A DNA stretch of 64,000 nt from Octopus sinensis (Eukaryota): the NCBI RefSeq assembly GCF_006345805.1, contig NW_021837028.1, forward strand, positions 17,724 to 81,723. The letters are read 5' to 3'. The position numbers and the translations under genes were made by a program. Positions within the stretch are counted from its first letter, which is position 1; every line of letters begins with the position of its first letter. A model generated the notes under the pieces. The model searched no databases and was not told the DNA's origin. It saw only the letters and a program-made list of their open reading frames with translations. Positions 13,293-27,845 of the stretch are shown here, one piece after another.

Positions 13293-13409
13293 TATGGAAA
13301 GGTGAAGCTGATGTAGTGATATCTCGTTGTGACCAGCCCTGCGCACCTGGGACACATTTAGCTTTAGCATCGGACAAGGAATGCTGGACATGCGTCCACT
13401 GTGGTAAAG
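13293..13409 (+). CDS. Class C GPCR, cysteine-rich domain exon
   Basis: gttttgtag| acceptor and |gtactg donor, 117 nt, phase 1 to 1. Encodes (V)WKGEADVVISRCDQPCAPGTHLALASDKECWTCVHCGK(G). Not in the ORF track. Confidence 0.92.
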
Positions 13410-13442
13410 GTACTGTTCGCCCATTTCATCTCTTTGAAAATT

Positions 13443-14066
13443 CTTTTCTACTCTCGGCACAAGGCCTAAAATTTTAGGAGAGAGTGAGGGGGGGGGGGCT
13501 AGTCAATTAGATCGACCTCAGTACGCAAGTGGTACTTAATTTATCGACCCCGAAAGGATGAAAGGCAAAGTCAACCTTGGCGGAATTTGAACTCAGAAGT
13601 AAAGACAGAAGAAATACCTATTTCATTACTACCCACAAGGGTCTAAACATAGAGTGGACAAAGAAGGATAGACAAAAGGATTAAGTCGATTATATCGACC
13701 CCAGTGCATAACTGGTACTTAATTTATCGAGCCCGAAAGGATGAAAGGCAAAGTCGACCTCGGCGGAATTTGAACTCACAGCGAAACGACAGACGAAATA
13801 CTGCTAAGCATTTCGCCCGGCGGAATAACGTTTCTTATTTCTTTATTCCCCACAAGGGGCCAAATATAGAGGGGACAAATCAGGACAGACAAAGGGATTA
13901 AGTCGATTACATCGACCCCAGGGGGTAACTGTACTTAATTTATCGACCCAGAAAGGATGAAAGGCAAAGTCGACCTCGGCAGGATTTGAACTCAGAACGT
14001 AGCCGCAGACGAAATACTGCTAAGCATTTCGCCCGGCGTGCTAACGTTTCTGCCAACTCGCCGCCT
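13443..14066 (-). mobile_element. SINE family A, tandem units
   Basis: Reverse-oriented head at 14066 plus repeated cores. Begins ~35 nt after the CRD exon donor. Confidence 0.85.
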
Positions 14067-14285
14067 TCATCTCTTTGAAAATTAAAGCATGAATATCATG
14101 CAAGGCAGTAAAGTTACTGAGACGTTAGGACTTGCACTATGTTTTTGTGGCCAAACCAATGGAGCAATACTTTCGATACTGAAGGAGGAAAGAGAATAAT
14201 ATACAACTTGTCATTTGTTGGTAACACATGTTCTATCCTCCCATTGTTTGGAATAAACAGAAAATCCGTTAATGTATCATTTATT

Positions 14286-14448
14286 GGCGCAGGTGTGACT
14301 GTGTGGTAAGGAGCTTGTTTACAAACTACATGATTCTGGGTTCAGTCTCACTGCGTGGCACCTTGGGCAAGTGTCTTCTACTATAACCTCGAGCTGACCA
14401 AAGTGCACTCGGAGTGGATTCGGTAGCGGAATCAGAAAGAAGCCCGTC

Positions 14449-14483
<35 letters not shown>

Positions 14484-14750
14484 TATGTGTGTGTGTGTGT
14501 GTGTGTGTATGTGTGTGCATGTGCGTACGTTTATGTCTGTGTCCATTCCCTACCAACACCTGACAACGGCTGTTGGTGTGTTTATGTCCCCGTAACCTAA
14601 CGGTTCGGCAAAACACCCGGACAAGAATAAATACTAGCCCTTCAAAAGTAAGCCGTGGGGTCGATTTCTTCGACTAAAACCCTTCAAGGCGATGCTCCAG
14701 CATGGCCGCAGTCAAATAGCTGAAACAAGTAAGAGATAAAAGATCAAAGA
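14286..14750 (+). mobile_element. SINE family B copy
   Basis: Same head, CORE-like segment, internal TA/TG microsatellite and tail as 5234-5667. Confidence 0.85.
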
Positions 14751-14784
14751 TAGAAGATCACTTCCATCGTAGAGTATGATTATA

Positions 14785-15226
14785 CTCTTTTACTCTTTTA
14801 CTCTTTTCAGTCATTTGACTGCGGCCATGCTGGAGCACCGCCTTTAGTCGAACAAATCGACCCCAGTACTTATTCTTTGTAAGCCTAGTACTTATTTTAC
14901 CGGTCTCTTTCGCCGAACCGCTAAGTTACGGAGACATAACCACACCAGCATCGGTTGTCAAGCGATGTTGGGGGTGCAGATACAGACACACAAACACACA
15001 CACACACACACGCACTCACACACACACACACATACAAACACACACACACATATATACATATATACAACGGGCATCTTTCAGTTTCCCTCTACCAAATTCA
15101 CTCACAAGGCTTTGGTCGGCCCGAGGTTATAGTAGAAGACACTTCCCCAAGGTGTCACGCAGTAGGACTGAACCCAGAACCATGTAGTTTGTAAGTAAGC
15201 TACTTACCACACTGCCACTCTTACGC
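14785..15226 (-). mobile_element. SINE family B copy, tail-to-tail with 14286-14750
   Basis: Reverse complement of family B. Confidence 0.85.
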
Positions 15227-15621
15227 TTATGATATTATGATATTATTTCTCAGCTTTCATTTCATGGTGGCCAGTCGTTTAAACAACCCCATGGTAACGT
15301 TTTGCACATTATGTCAATAAACATATATATTAACAGTCATCTAATCATGCATGCAAGGTAATGCATATTATATAGCAGCTTACAGAATTGTTTCACCGGA
15401 ACCATTTACAAAAATAATACACAAAATCATCGGTCGTTTCGTTTAAGTAAGAAACACTTAACACAGATCAGAATGGGTGTCGTTAAAATTTAGAATCTTA
15501 TCACGGAAAGAGAAAAAAATGAAAATAATAAAGAAGCAAGTCACTTGTCTCTAAGAATAAAAATCTGAAAGGCACTTGATTGATTCTAATCCTATGTGTG
15601 TAAATATGGAACTTTAACCGA

Positions 15622-15686
<65 letters not shown>

Positions 15687-15763
15687 TATATATGTGTATA
15701 TATGTATATATATATATGCATATATATGTGTATATATGTATATATATATATATATAATATATA

Positions 15764-15805
<42 letters not shown>

Positions 15806-16028
15806 CGATTTAAAGATGTTTATTCACTTGACCGGTTTCACTTTTTTAGAAAAAGATTGTCAAAAGTAAAATGTAGAGCTTTGTGTTAAGTACTGGTTAT
15901 CACAAAAGTATTAAAATACAGATATATATTCCTTTATAATAATAAGAAATTGTTAAAAAGTTATTTCTGATGAAAATTAACCAGAGCCAAATAATACTTT
16001 CAACATTGTTTCTTTCTTCTTTCCTTAG

Positions 16029-17038
16029 GGCAATTTACAAATGCCTACAATATGGCGTCTTGTCTGAACTGCACAGAACATTTCGGAACAGGATGGGGAA
16101 GTAACAAGAATTACACCTCCTGTGAAGAGCTTCCGCAAAATTTCCTTTCTTGGAACGGACATTTCGCTATCGCCAGTATTCTTTTCTCAAGCAGCTGTCT
16201 CCTGTTCACATTAATGGTATTTTCATTCTTTGTGAAATACCGCCACAGTCACATTGTTAAAGGATCTAATCGGGAGCTGACACATGTCTTATTCGTGTCT
16301 TTGGTCCTTTCTATATTTTCCCCATATGTCTATATTGGTCGGCCAACTCATACACGCTGTATGTTGCAACCAAATTATTTATCCTTTGTTATGTCTTCAT
16401 CCGTGCTAGTCATATACTTTAAAACGGATCGAATACTTTGCATCTTCAACGCTAAACCGACCACGATTGATAATCTCCATTTAGAAAAACGTAAACGAGA
16501 TCGATTGCAGATATTATGCTTTTTGGTAATCGAATTAATTATTTGTGGTTCCTTGGCAACATCAACATATTTTCATCAACCAATTGTGGATTTCTATACT
16601 GTTCCAGACACATCTGTATCACTTGGCTGTTCTCTAGCCTGGTACCACCAACACGCCGTAGCTTTCGTTTGGTTTACAATTCTTATACTTGGCAGTAGTT
16701 ACAAAGCGTATCGCGTACGGAAACTCCCGGAAAACTTTAACGAAGCAAGACAAATTAATTTCACATTATTTATACTGTTCCTAATATGGGTCTTGGTGTC
16801 AGTGGGTGTTGCTAACGAACCCAACCACGGCACATGTTCTTCTTATATATGTATAGCTGCCCAGTTTCATACTCTAGTTGTGCTGGTGTTCATGTTGATT
16901 CCCAAACTCAGAATCATCATATTTCAACCAACGAAAAACTCTACAGAAGCTGTGAGAATGCAAACGATGGAATATATGATCCGAAAGCAGTCAAAAGTAT
17001 CATCTTTGGAAACTCTATCTACAATAGATCTGAATTAA
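16029..17038 (+). CDS. Class C GPCR, last exon (end of CRD, 7TM, C-tail)
   Basis: ttccttag| acceptor, phase 1. Motifs ASCLNC...TSC, VKGSNREL, RP...C, KTDRILCIF, KLPENFNEA and PKLRIIIFQPTKN, with seven hydrophobic segments and a stop at 17036-17038. The five exons sum to 2095 nt, i.e. 1 nt plus 698 codons. Confidence 0.96.
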
Positions 17039-17090
17039 CGTAGGAATTCTCTATAAATTTATTTAACTATCAGATATTTTTTTGTTATGT

Positions 17091-17096
17091 AATAAA
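17091..17096 (+). terminator. Candidate polyadenylation signal of the GPCR gene
   Basis: AATAAA about 50 nt after the stop codon. The background is AT-rich, so this could be chance. Confidence 0.45.
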
Positions 17097-18046
17097 TTAA
17101 AACAAAGTATACAACATATGGGAGAGCCATTTAATTCGTCGGGATAATAAATCTTGCTATTCAAAACTCATTAATTAGAAGCAAATTATTTTTTATTTAA
17201 AAAAAAAGAAACTACCTTCAAAATTTATTTCAGTAAAAGAATGGAGATTGCCGGATAATGAATATGAAGTTGATATTCTATGCTTAAAATCAAATACAAG
17301 CTCTAAGTTAGTTGCTATCTCATTAGCTTTATCTAGGATAAACGAAATTCCAATATTATCATTTGCTAGATCTGATGGAGCATATGAATGACGAAACTCG
17401 TCGCCCCGATCCTCTTCTCAAGCTATCTAAAATTCCTGTGGTATAATTACGAGGACTAAATAATAAGCACATTAGTATAGTCATTACAAAGTATGACTAA
17501 ATAAATACATATGAGTATGATTTCATAAACATATTTACCTAAAACATATGGTTTGATATTTGAATAATTATCTCCTACATTAAACCACTCATCAACGTAC
17601 TATATATATATTATAATTCGTATTTTAAACACAAAAGGAACCATAATATCCTTGAATTCTTGTGATTAAATTTGTCTCTTGTCTGTATAACACAGTTGAT
17701 GCTTCGCACTGGCTAAGTGATCCTCATTTTCTCTCGTGCTTTATTTTTAACTTAAACTACCACACTGCACGTAAAGAGAAACCTTGATGCGACTTGCAGG
17801 CAGTTATGTGAGAGACGCAGCCTTCCGTAATGCGACAGTCCTAATAATAGATGTTACATTTGTGTGTTTTCTGTTCTAACATATTTTATTATCAATTGCT
17901 TTATTCAAGAGAAAATAGTAATTGACTTCTTAATTCGAAAAATCGCTTTTATTAAATAATTTATTTAGCGACGACATTTAAAACTCAGGAAAGAGAAAAA
18001 AGGATTTCATAGCATACTTTCATATATATATGTATATATATATCGT

Positions 18047-18420
18047 GGCACTCCATCGGCTAAGACGACGAGGGTTCCAGTTGATCCGATCAACGGAACA
18101 GCCTGCTCGTGAAATTAACGTGCAAGTGGCTGACCACTCCACAGACCCGTGTATCCTTAGCGTAGTTGTCGGGGTTATTCAGGGTGACACAGATTGTGAC
18201 AAGGCTGGCCCCTCGAAATACAGGTACAACAGAAACAGGAAGAAAACGTGAGAGAAAGTTGTGTTGAAAGAGCACAGAATAGGGTTCGCCATCACGCCTG
18301 ACGGAACGTCGTGGAGCTTCAGATGTTTTCGCTCAATAAACAACGCCCAGTCTGGGAATCGAAACCGCGATTCTATGACTGCGAGTACGCTGCCCTAACC
18401 ATTAGGCCATTGTGCTTCAC
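18047..18420 (-). mobile_element. tRNA-derived SINE family C
   Basis: Reverse complement of 61351-61739, diverged. Confidence 0.8.
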
Positions 18421-18434
18421 ACACACACACGCGC

Positions 18435-18466
<32 letters not shown>

Positions 18467-18531
18467 CCACACACACACACAAACACACACACACACACAC
18501 ACACCACACACACACAAACACACACACACAC

Positions 18532-18593
<62 letters not shown>

Positions 18594-18671
18594 TTATTAT
18601 ATTTATATTATATATATATATATATTATTTATATTATATGACTGAACGATACGCATCCATTCCAAGGTAGT

Positions 18672-18784
<113 letters not shown>

Positions 18785-18977
18785 ATATACGTATATATAT
18801 ATATAACGAAAATGGACCACTTTAGTCCCTTCGTGCCTAGTATTCCGCTATGACTTGGGAAAAAATGTGACCGGCATCCAAGGTACCTACGTGTAATTAT
18901 TTTACCATTCTTTTATACCCATTTTAGAGCTGAATGAGCAACGCTGTTTGGGAATTAATTGGCTTTGTTAAAGAAGG

Positions 18978-19357
18978 ATGATGGATGGAAGCACTCCGTC
19001 GGTTACGACGACGAGGGTTCCGGTTGATCCGAATCAACGGAACAGCCTGCTCGTGAAATTAACGTGTAAATTAACAGACACGTGTACCCTTAACGTAGTT
19101 CTCGGGGATATTCAGCGTGACACAGAGAGTGACAAGGCCAGCCCTTTGAAATACAGGTACAACAGAAACAGGAAGTAAGAGTGAGAGAAAGTTGTGGTGA
19201 AAGAGTACAGCAGGGATCACCACCATCCCCTGCCGGAGCCTCATGGGGCTTTAGGTGTTTTCGCTCAATAAACACTCACAACGCCCGGTCTGGGAATCGA
19301 AACCGCGATCCTATGACCGCGAGTCCGCTGCCCTAACCACTGGGCTATTGCGCCTCC
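18978..19357 (-). mobile_element. Full-length SINE family C with 13-bp TSD
   Basis: ttgttaaagaagg at 18965-18977 and 19358-19370. Head has Pol III A box (TGGCCCAGTGG-like) and B box (GTTTCGATTCC). Confidence 0.92.
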
Positions 19358-19728
19358 TTGTTAAAGAAGGGCAGTGCTAAGGACTAGAATTTTCTTTGAA
19401 TATTTGAAGAGTTATGGAAACTATAATCAATGACTAATATTATTTTAAAGGTGTGTTGTAATCACTGCTGGTCAGGTTATTGGTTCTTTCATGATTCGAA
19501 ACTTAGTTACTTGTCCAACTTGGATCAAAGTTTTTGTTCTTTCTGACTTTAATTATTGGGCTGTGACTTTCTTCGCATAACGTTTCAAGTATAAAAAGAC
19601 AAAGCATAAATGCGTAGTTTACAAGATCAAAATGTAGTTAAAGATAAATTTGGATGATAAATATTCGGTATGTGCAAGACGCTAGTCCGGTGGAGCTACA
19701 GCTTTAATAATAATTCATTACTGTAATA

Positions 19729-19897
19729 GGCGCAGGAGTGGCTGTGTGGTAAGTAGCTTGTTTACCAGCCACATGGTTCCGGGTTCAGTCCCACTGCGTG
19801 GCACCTTGGGAAAGTGTCTTCTACTATAGCCTCGGGCCGACCAAAGCCTTGTGAGTGGATTTGGTAGACGGAAACTGAAAGAAGCCCGTCGTATATA

Positions 19898-19955
<58 letters not shown>

Positions 19956-20185
19956 ATGTGTGTGTGTGTGTGTTGTGTGTCTGTGTTTGTCTCCCTAGCA
20001 TTGCTTGACAACCGATGCTCGTGTGGTTCTGTCCCCGTTACTTAGCGGTTCGGCAAAAAGAGACCGATAGAATAAGTACTGGGCTTACAAAAAAAAAGAA
20101 TAAGTCCCGGCGTCGAGTTGCTCGAATAAAGGCGGTGCTCCAGCATGGCCGCAGTCAAATGACTGAAACGAGTAAAAGAGTAAGA
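19729..20185 (+). mobile_element. SINE family B copy
   Basis: Full head-to-tail match with internal (TA)n(TG)n. Confidence 0.88.
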
Positions 20186-22044
20186 GTAATATTACTGAGC
20201 TTATAATGGACAATAAAATTTTTAACTGTTTTCTACGCCAACATTGGTTTATGATTTCATAACGTCTCAGTCGAGCTGAAATATTTATCAATTTCCTAAT
20301 GAAACAAATTGTATTCATTCATTTAGATCAACCCCTGTATTTTTGTTAACAACGACGGTTTATTTTATCGATTTCGGTCATAAAATAAAGTAGGTACGGG
20401 CGGGATTTGAACTCAAAGCGTAAAAAGGATGTCATCAAATACCACAGGGTATTTTCTTCTACATAACACGCTTACTTCATTCAATTCGCTTAAAAGTAAA
20501 GTAGACCTGGAGAATATATAACTCAAAAACGTAAATGGTCATAATTAATTTTCAAAGGGAATTTTATTTGGTGCTCTATCAGTTCTACTATACAACCGCG
20601 TAGCAATTTAGCAATTTTGTTATAATTCATTTATGCACCAAATAAATAGAAAAAATGTACCTGGTTAAATTACCAGCTTATCTTTTCTGTTTATTTTTTC
20701 GTTTAGTCACTGTATGACTTATACAAGAGTAAATTTTAGCACAGAACGAACCTTGCATCCGATCTTATTTCAAGTTCTGATCAATATGTCACTTATGTTT
20801 TTTCAAAATTGCAGTGGAATCAAGGCATCTCATTTAGCTTTCGCCTCTAAATCTGAAGCCTCAAATACTGTAAGACATATAAACATTTGTTGTAAATCTT
20901 ATTTCCAGATGATGTTAATTATTCAGTCACTACAAGAAACATTGCTGGGGGTTATTTAAATGTAACAAGGGAGAATGGAAACTAAAGTTTTTCTCTCTGA
21001 ACTGTAAATATTTTACGTGCCATTAAAGCGATTTATACTGAACTAATAAAATTACGTAAATAAATAGATATATAAAGAAGAAAAACCGTCAACTATCCCA
21101 GATTACGAAACCCCATTATTGAATCGGTAAAGTCTGGGCATGCGCGTATTGAATTGATGCTTACAAGTACACGAGTTGCCTTGAAATGATTTTCATGTAT
21201 ATTGATGTTAAAATGAAATTTAGAAAACATATCAAACAAGATAACATTAAAAAAATCAAAACTAAAATAAGTATAAACAAAACCAGTCGATATAATTAGG
21301 TGTGGTTGTCATTAAAGTGCAACCGATAGCTTGTCTATAAATCAGATCCGTTTATGTCTAGAGAAAGTTTGACTATTATTGAAAAAGTGGGGTTGTTGTC
21401 TAGAAAATTCTACAACAAGCTGTTGCCAGTTTTACACTCTGCTGACAGCAGTTCAGTTTGTCAAGATTAGTTGCAAGTTGATTCTGAAACCGGGAGAAAA
21501 ATAAATAAAGATTTGTTTGTGGAAAAATAAAAGCTGATACAATTATTTTCTTTCTTTCGTCGTTTTTTCTCTTTTAGACTGGAAAGCATTTTATTTTATT
21601 GCATTTCTTTCTGTCAAGGTATCAGATTGTATAACGGTTAAAATATCGCACTTTGTAAATGTGATTTTTTTTTGTAGGATTTTCTTGTTGTTTTGTTTCA
21701 TCATGATTTACTTTCTGTTGTAAAATGAAAACATTTTGGAGGAGAGAATAAAACAGTAACTACTCAACAACAAAATTTTAGAAGTTTCACCCACGCTGCA
21801 GCTAAGGTCGAACACATTCCTAAACGTTAAATCCCCACAAACTAGCACGAAAATATTATCAAGTACAAGTGTAGGCAACCGATAGTCTGAAAGCCAGTTC
21901 CGACTTGCGAAGGGATTTTGAGCAGGCTACGTGCAAAATATTAACTTCAAATTGTTGACACAAGGCCAGCAATTTCGGTCGTGGAGGATAAGCCGATTAC
22001 TCGGCCATTGTGTTTAAGTAGTACTTATTTAAAAAACCTGATAG

Positions 22045-22760
22045 TAACAGAGTATCTAACTTCTCTTCCCCCAAAGAAAATTTTGAGAAACCAGCCCTCT
22101 ACTACAACAAAGCCAGAGCCAATAGAGGCTTTAAAGATGAATTAATATATAACCCTCTAATAATAACAGGAATAATAAAAATAAACCTAAAAATAGACTT
22201 AAGAGAATAATTTGGTTCGCACCCCGTTCCCTTACTGTTAAAGCTAACATAGGTAAAAGATTCATGTTTCTCTTATGCAAACATTTTCCAGAAAACCACA
22301 GGTGTAGAAAAATATATAACAGGTACTCAGTTAAATTATCGTATAGCTACTGCTCCAATATGCAAAGCATCATTACATGCAAATACCTCCAAGAGCCTAC
22401 ACCCAGTTGTAACCGTCGAAACGCGGGAACTTGTCCACTCGACCAGGAATGCGTGATTAAAGCCGTCATATATGAGGCAGAAGTTACAGCAACACTAGAT
22501 GATATAACCAAAAAGAAGAGCTACATCGGGCTATGTGAAGGTGACTTCAAATATAACCATTCCAACCATATATCTTCCTTCCGACACAAAGACAAAAGTA
22601 AAGTCACTTGGTTGGCTAGCCACGTATGGGGTTTGAAGTCTAACGTCACACCACATGCAATAAAGTGGAAAATAGTTGAAAAGTTCACACCATGTCCCAA
22701 CGGATAAAAAAATGTAAGCTATACGGAGTTGAAAGAACACAGATCCTTTTCAGATCTAAG
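22045..22760 (+). mobile_element. Penelope-like element fragment (RT C-terminus and GIY-YIG endonuclease)
   Basis: KRIIWFAP, IGKRFMFLLCKHFPENH...KIYNRYSVKLSYS, CPLDQECVIKAVIYEAEVT, KKSYIGLCEGDFK...NHISSFRH and IKWKIVEK. Confidence 0.88.
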
Positions 22761-22939
22761 AAATCTGCCACACTGTTGGATTCCAGTTCTGAAATTTTCA
22801 GCGGTTACAAACATATAGATAAGTTATTGTTGGCAAATTGGAAAGTACCAACCTCTCCAATTTGAGTAGCTGTAGTACAGATTCTAGGCCACTATTCTTT
22901 CAGAATTATGACTTTACGGTCAAAGGGGACATAACTCTA

Positions 22940-23723
22940 ATGCAAAAATACTTGAGAAGTAGGTGCCGCACGAATTGAATTACAACCAAAAAAAAAAAAA
23001 GAAGAAAAAACGCCGTTTTGAAGTGTCGTCTTCCCTTCTTTTACGCAGCAAGAACTACCCGTTTCTTGACCAGATTGTGACTTGCGATAAAAAGTGGATT
23101 CTTTACGACAACCGGCGACGCTCAGCTCAGTGGTTGGACGCCGACAAAGCTCCACGGCACTTCCCGAAGCCAAAGTTGCACCAAAAAAATGTCATGGTGA
23201 CTGTTTGGCGGTCTGTGGCCGGTCCCAGCCATCACAGCTTTTTAGATCCAGGCGAAACCATTGCGGCGAAGTACTTCAGCGAATGGATGAAATTCATAAG
23301 AAACTCTGACAACAACAGCCAGTATTGGTCAATAGAAAATTACCAATTCTTCTCCACGACAACGCTCGGCCGCACATCGCGCTACTGACTCTGCAGAAAT
23401 TGAACGAATTGGGCTACGAAACTCTGCCTCATCCGCCATACTCACCAGACCTCTCACCTACCGACTACCACTTTTTCAAGCATCTCGACAACTTCGTGCG
23501 TGAGAAATGCTTCAAAAACCAAGACGATGCCAAACACGCCTTCAACGACTCCATCGCCACCAGAATACAGGATTTTTATGCTACTGGTATAAATAAACTT
23601 TATTTGGCAAAAGTGTGTTGATTCTGTTGGTGTTTATTTCGATTGATAAAGTTTTGTTTGAGCCGGCATATGTGCATCTGAATTTAAAGGTTAAAAACCG
23701 CAAGAACTTTCTTGACAATCTAA
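22940..23723 (+). mobile_element. 5'-truncated mariner (Hsmar1/SETMAR-like) transposase remnant with right TIR
   Basis: FLDQIVTCDKKWILYDN, KLHQKNVMVTVW, LLHDNARPH and LPHPPYSPDLSPTDYHFFKHLDN, frameshifted. Right TIR aaaaccgcaagaactttcttgacaatctaa followed by TA. Confidence 0.92.
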
Positions 23724-24061
23724 TAATCTTTTTTTTCTTTTACATTGTTGGGATTAGAAGTTTAAATTTGAAATTATTGTATCTATAAGAGATCATTTGA
23801 TCCATTTTGTTCCATTTTTTATTTAACGTGATATACATAGACCATCACAGAATAATTGTTAACGAATATTATTGTGTGTGCTTGTGTGGTTTTTCAAATC
23901 TGTATAATGGAAGGATATACAGTAAACATACATAGGATATTCGAGACTAATCCTCCCATTAAAAAAATAATAATATATACGCGACGATGTGATACACCAT
24001 CAGGTTCGGTGATCTAAAGGCATTTAAAGGCTACAGTTCTACCAGATAGATATATCATGCA

Positions 24062-24430
24062 GGAGGCGCAATGGCCCAGTGGTTAGGGCAGCGGACTCGC
24101 GGTTTCGATTCCCAGACCGGGCATTGTGAGTGTTTATTGAGCGAAAACACCTAAAGCTCCACGAAGCTCCGGCAGGGGGTGGTGGTGAACCCTGCTGTAC
24201 TCTTTCACCACAACTTTCTCTCGCACTTTCTTCCTGTTTCTCTTGTACCTGTATTTCAAAGGGCCAGCCTTGTCACATTCTGTGTGTCACGCTGAATCTC
24301 CTCGAGAACTACGTTAAGGGTACACGTGTCTGTGGAGTGCTCAGCCACTTGCACGTTAATATCACGAGCAAGCTGTTCCGTTGATCGTATCAGCTGGGAC
24401 CCTCATCATCGCAACCGGCAGAGTGCTCCT
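24062..24430 (+). mobile_element. Full-length SINE family C with 12-bp TSD
   Basis: atatatcatgca at 24050-24061 and 24431-24442. Confidence 0.9.
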
Positions 24431-24599
24431 ATATATCATGCAATCTCCTAACATCTCTTGCAATAACAGCATGCCAGACATATGAATATCTGGTACAGAT
24501 GCACTAGATATTTGCACGCACAATAATACTCGAGTTTAGAAATAAAAGGCGAAGAAAAATTATGCACGCAAGCATGACTGTTTCAGAAGCTTACCTCTC

Positions 24600-24727
24600 A
24601 ATTACGTGGCTTTGCCTTCACTTCCATAGTACTGCAACTTGGGCAACTGTATTTTACTATATCTTCTCTCCGACCAAAGGCTTGTGAGTCAATTTGGTTG
24701 ACGAAAACTGTGCGGAAGCCCGTCGTC

Positions 24728-24758
<31 letters not shown>

Positions 24759-24931
24759 GATCCCTGCTGTACTCTTTCGCCGCAACTTTCTCTCACTCTT
24801 TCCTCTGTTGGCCTGCTCGCTTAGCCAGCGGGGTGGCGTCATTTGCAGGCTAAAACAATGCGAAACGCATTGTGACCAGCGATGTGTAGCAATATCTGAT
24901 AGCCTGGTCAGTCATGTGATCACGTGACACG

Positions 24932-24980
<49 letters not shown>

Positions 24981-25240
24981 TGTATGTATGTATGTATGTA
25001 TGTATGTGTGCATGTATGTATGTATGTATGTATGTATGTATGTATGTATGTATGTGTCTGTGTATAACCACCTCACCACTTGACAGTCAGTGTTGGTTGG
25101 TTTGATCCCCCGTAGCTTAGCGGTTCGTCAAAAAGAAACCTGTGGGATAAGTACCAAAATATGTACTGTGGTCGATTTGTTTGATTAATACTCATCGAGA
25201 CTGTACTGTAGTATGGCTGTCGTCCAATGAGTGAAACAAG
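24600..25240 (+). mobile_element. Old SINE family B copy with another SINE-like segment nested in its internal microsatellite
   Basis: Family B left part ends at cccgtcg (~24725). A segment sharing ccctgctgtactcttt with family C follows, then (TATG)n and the family B right part. Confidence 0.6.
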
Positions 25241-26929
25241 TAGCAAATAAGATGTCAATGAACGGGAAATAGAATAATGTAGATGTCGAGCTTGAAATTT
25301 TCAAGGTATTTCGCGGCTCAAGAGGACGTTTTAATCGAGAAAATTTTGTTATGTCAGAGGGTTTTATGAAACCAGCCATAGTACAAAGATTAACAAGTTT
25401 ACTGAGCAGGCAAAAATACAACCTTAAATGAAGTCGAGCGAATGATTACTTGTTTTGGAAAACTAACGTCAAATTTTTGTCAGAAAAACCAGTGGAAATT
25501 AAGGAAACATTTATGTTAGCCAATAGATTCAGGACGTGTTGCCGAATGATGAAGCCTTTTTTCTGATCAGTATTATGTTATTGGCAGTGAAAGATATTGT
25601 TGATTCTGATTAGAAATTTTTATTTGTATCAAACAGTTTGTCTACAAGAACGACCATTCAGTGAATTGAAGAAATATCGGTAAATGTATAAAATTGTTTA
25701 AGGTTTTTCTGCAAGGATTTTGCAACTTTCTCGGTAGGAACATAAAATATACTGTACAAACTACAGTTGCTTTTCAAGAGTTTATCTAATTACATTCTAT
25801 GCAGGATAGGGTCTTTCCTCGTTTTCTTCATCTCTTTCAAATGGTTCATTGTTGTAAATTTGGTATCAGCCAGATAGCATATAATCGTTTCACATACATT
25901 TCGAAACAATAAATGCACGAAAACGTGGGCGCGCACACACAAACATAAACACACCTAAAACACGCGCACACACACACACACACGCACACACGCACACACA
26001 CACACACACGCACACAGGCAAGCACACACAGATGCATAAACATTTGCAAAGGTATGTTTGCGTGTGTGTGTATTAATATACGCAGCATTACATATATATA
26101 TGATCTATACTATCTATGTTTGTATAGACACACACACACACACATATATATATATATTTTTATATTTTTAATTGTTTGTGCATTTATAAACGTGTATATG
26201 TATATATATATATATGTGTGTGCGTGTATTTATTATAACGTATATAATATATATAATATAATATATACGAATATATGTGTAATACTATGTATAATATATG
26301 TGTGTATGTGTGCATATATGTATATATATGTAAATATATATATGTAAATATGTATATATTTTTATGTGCACATGTATATGAATGTGAGTGTATATATACT
26401 TGTGTATATATGTCTATGTTTGTGTATGCATATGTCTGTATGTGTATACATACAAATTCATGAGCGATTGCATATACTTATACACAGGTAAACAGGTAAA
26501 CAGGTAAACTGATAAACCATGAAATAAACAAATAGTCACCACCATGAATATGTTATATTTACGCCACAAGTCACATGACCTCACACTTTAGATCTCTTCC
26601 GTAAATTGCAATTTTTCTTGTAATAATAAACTTTATTTTAAAATGTTCCACATTTTGAATTTCGAATCTGATTCTCCTCTTGAAGTTGCTAGCTTAATGT
26701 ATAAGAACAAAATATATGGAGGTCATATATAAAAGACAAAATGCAATCATTTTAATTATCAATTATTTATTAATTATATTATTTAGCTTAAAGTTCATTT
26801 GAAATAAACATATTGCTTGACATGGTCATTTCCTTTCTGAAAACCAATTATGACGTCAAGTCAACTCGTATGGGGAAATATATTTAATCCACAAACAACG
26901 AACGTAGAAACATACAAACATACAAACTT

Positions 26930-27845
<916 letters not shown>

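Noticed and set aside
17369-17410. Hammerhead-like ctgatgg...gaaactcgtc (and gaaac..ctgatga at ~35230)
   Set aside because: The core deviates from CUGANGA or is mis-spaced, and stems I and II cannot form.
20815-20961. Two short + strand exon-like segments (GIKASHLAF..., DVNYSVTTRNIAGGYLN)
   Set aside because: The implied intron is only 39 nt, no domain is recognisable, and there is no link to either gene.
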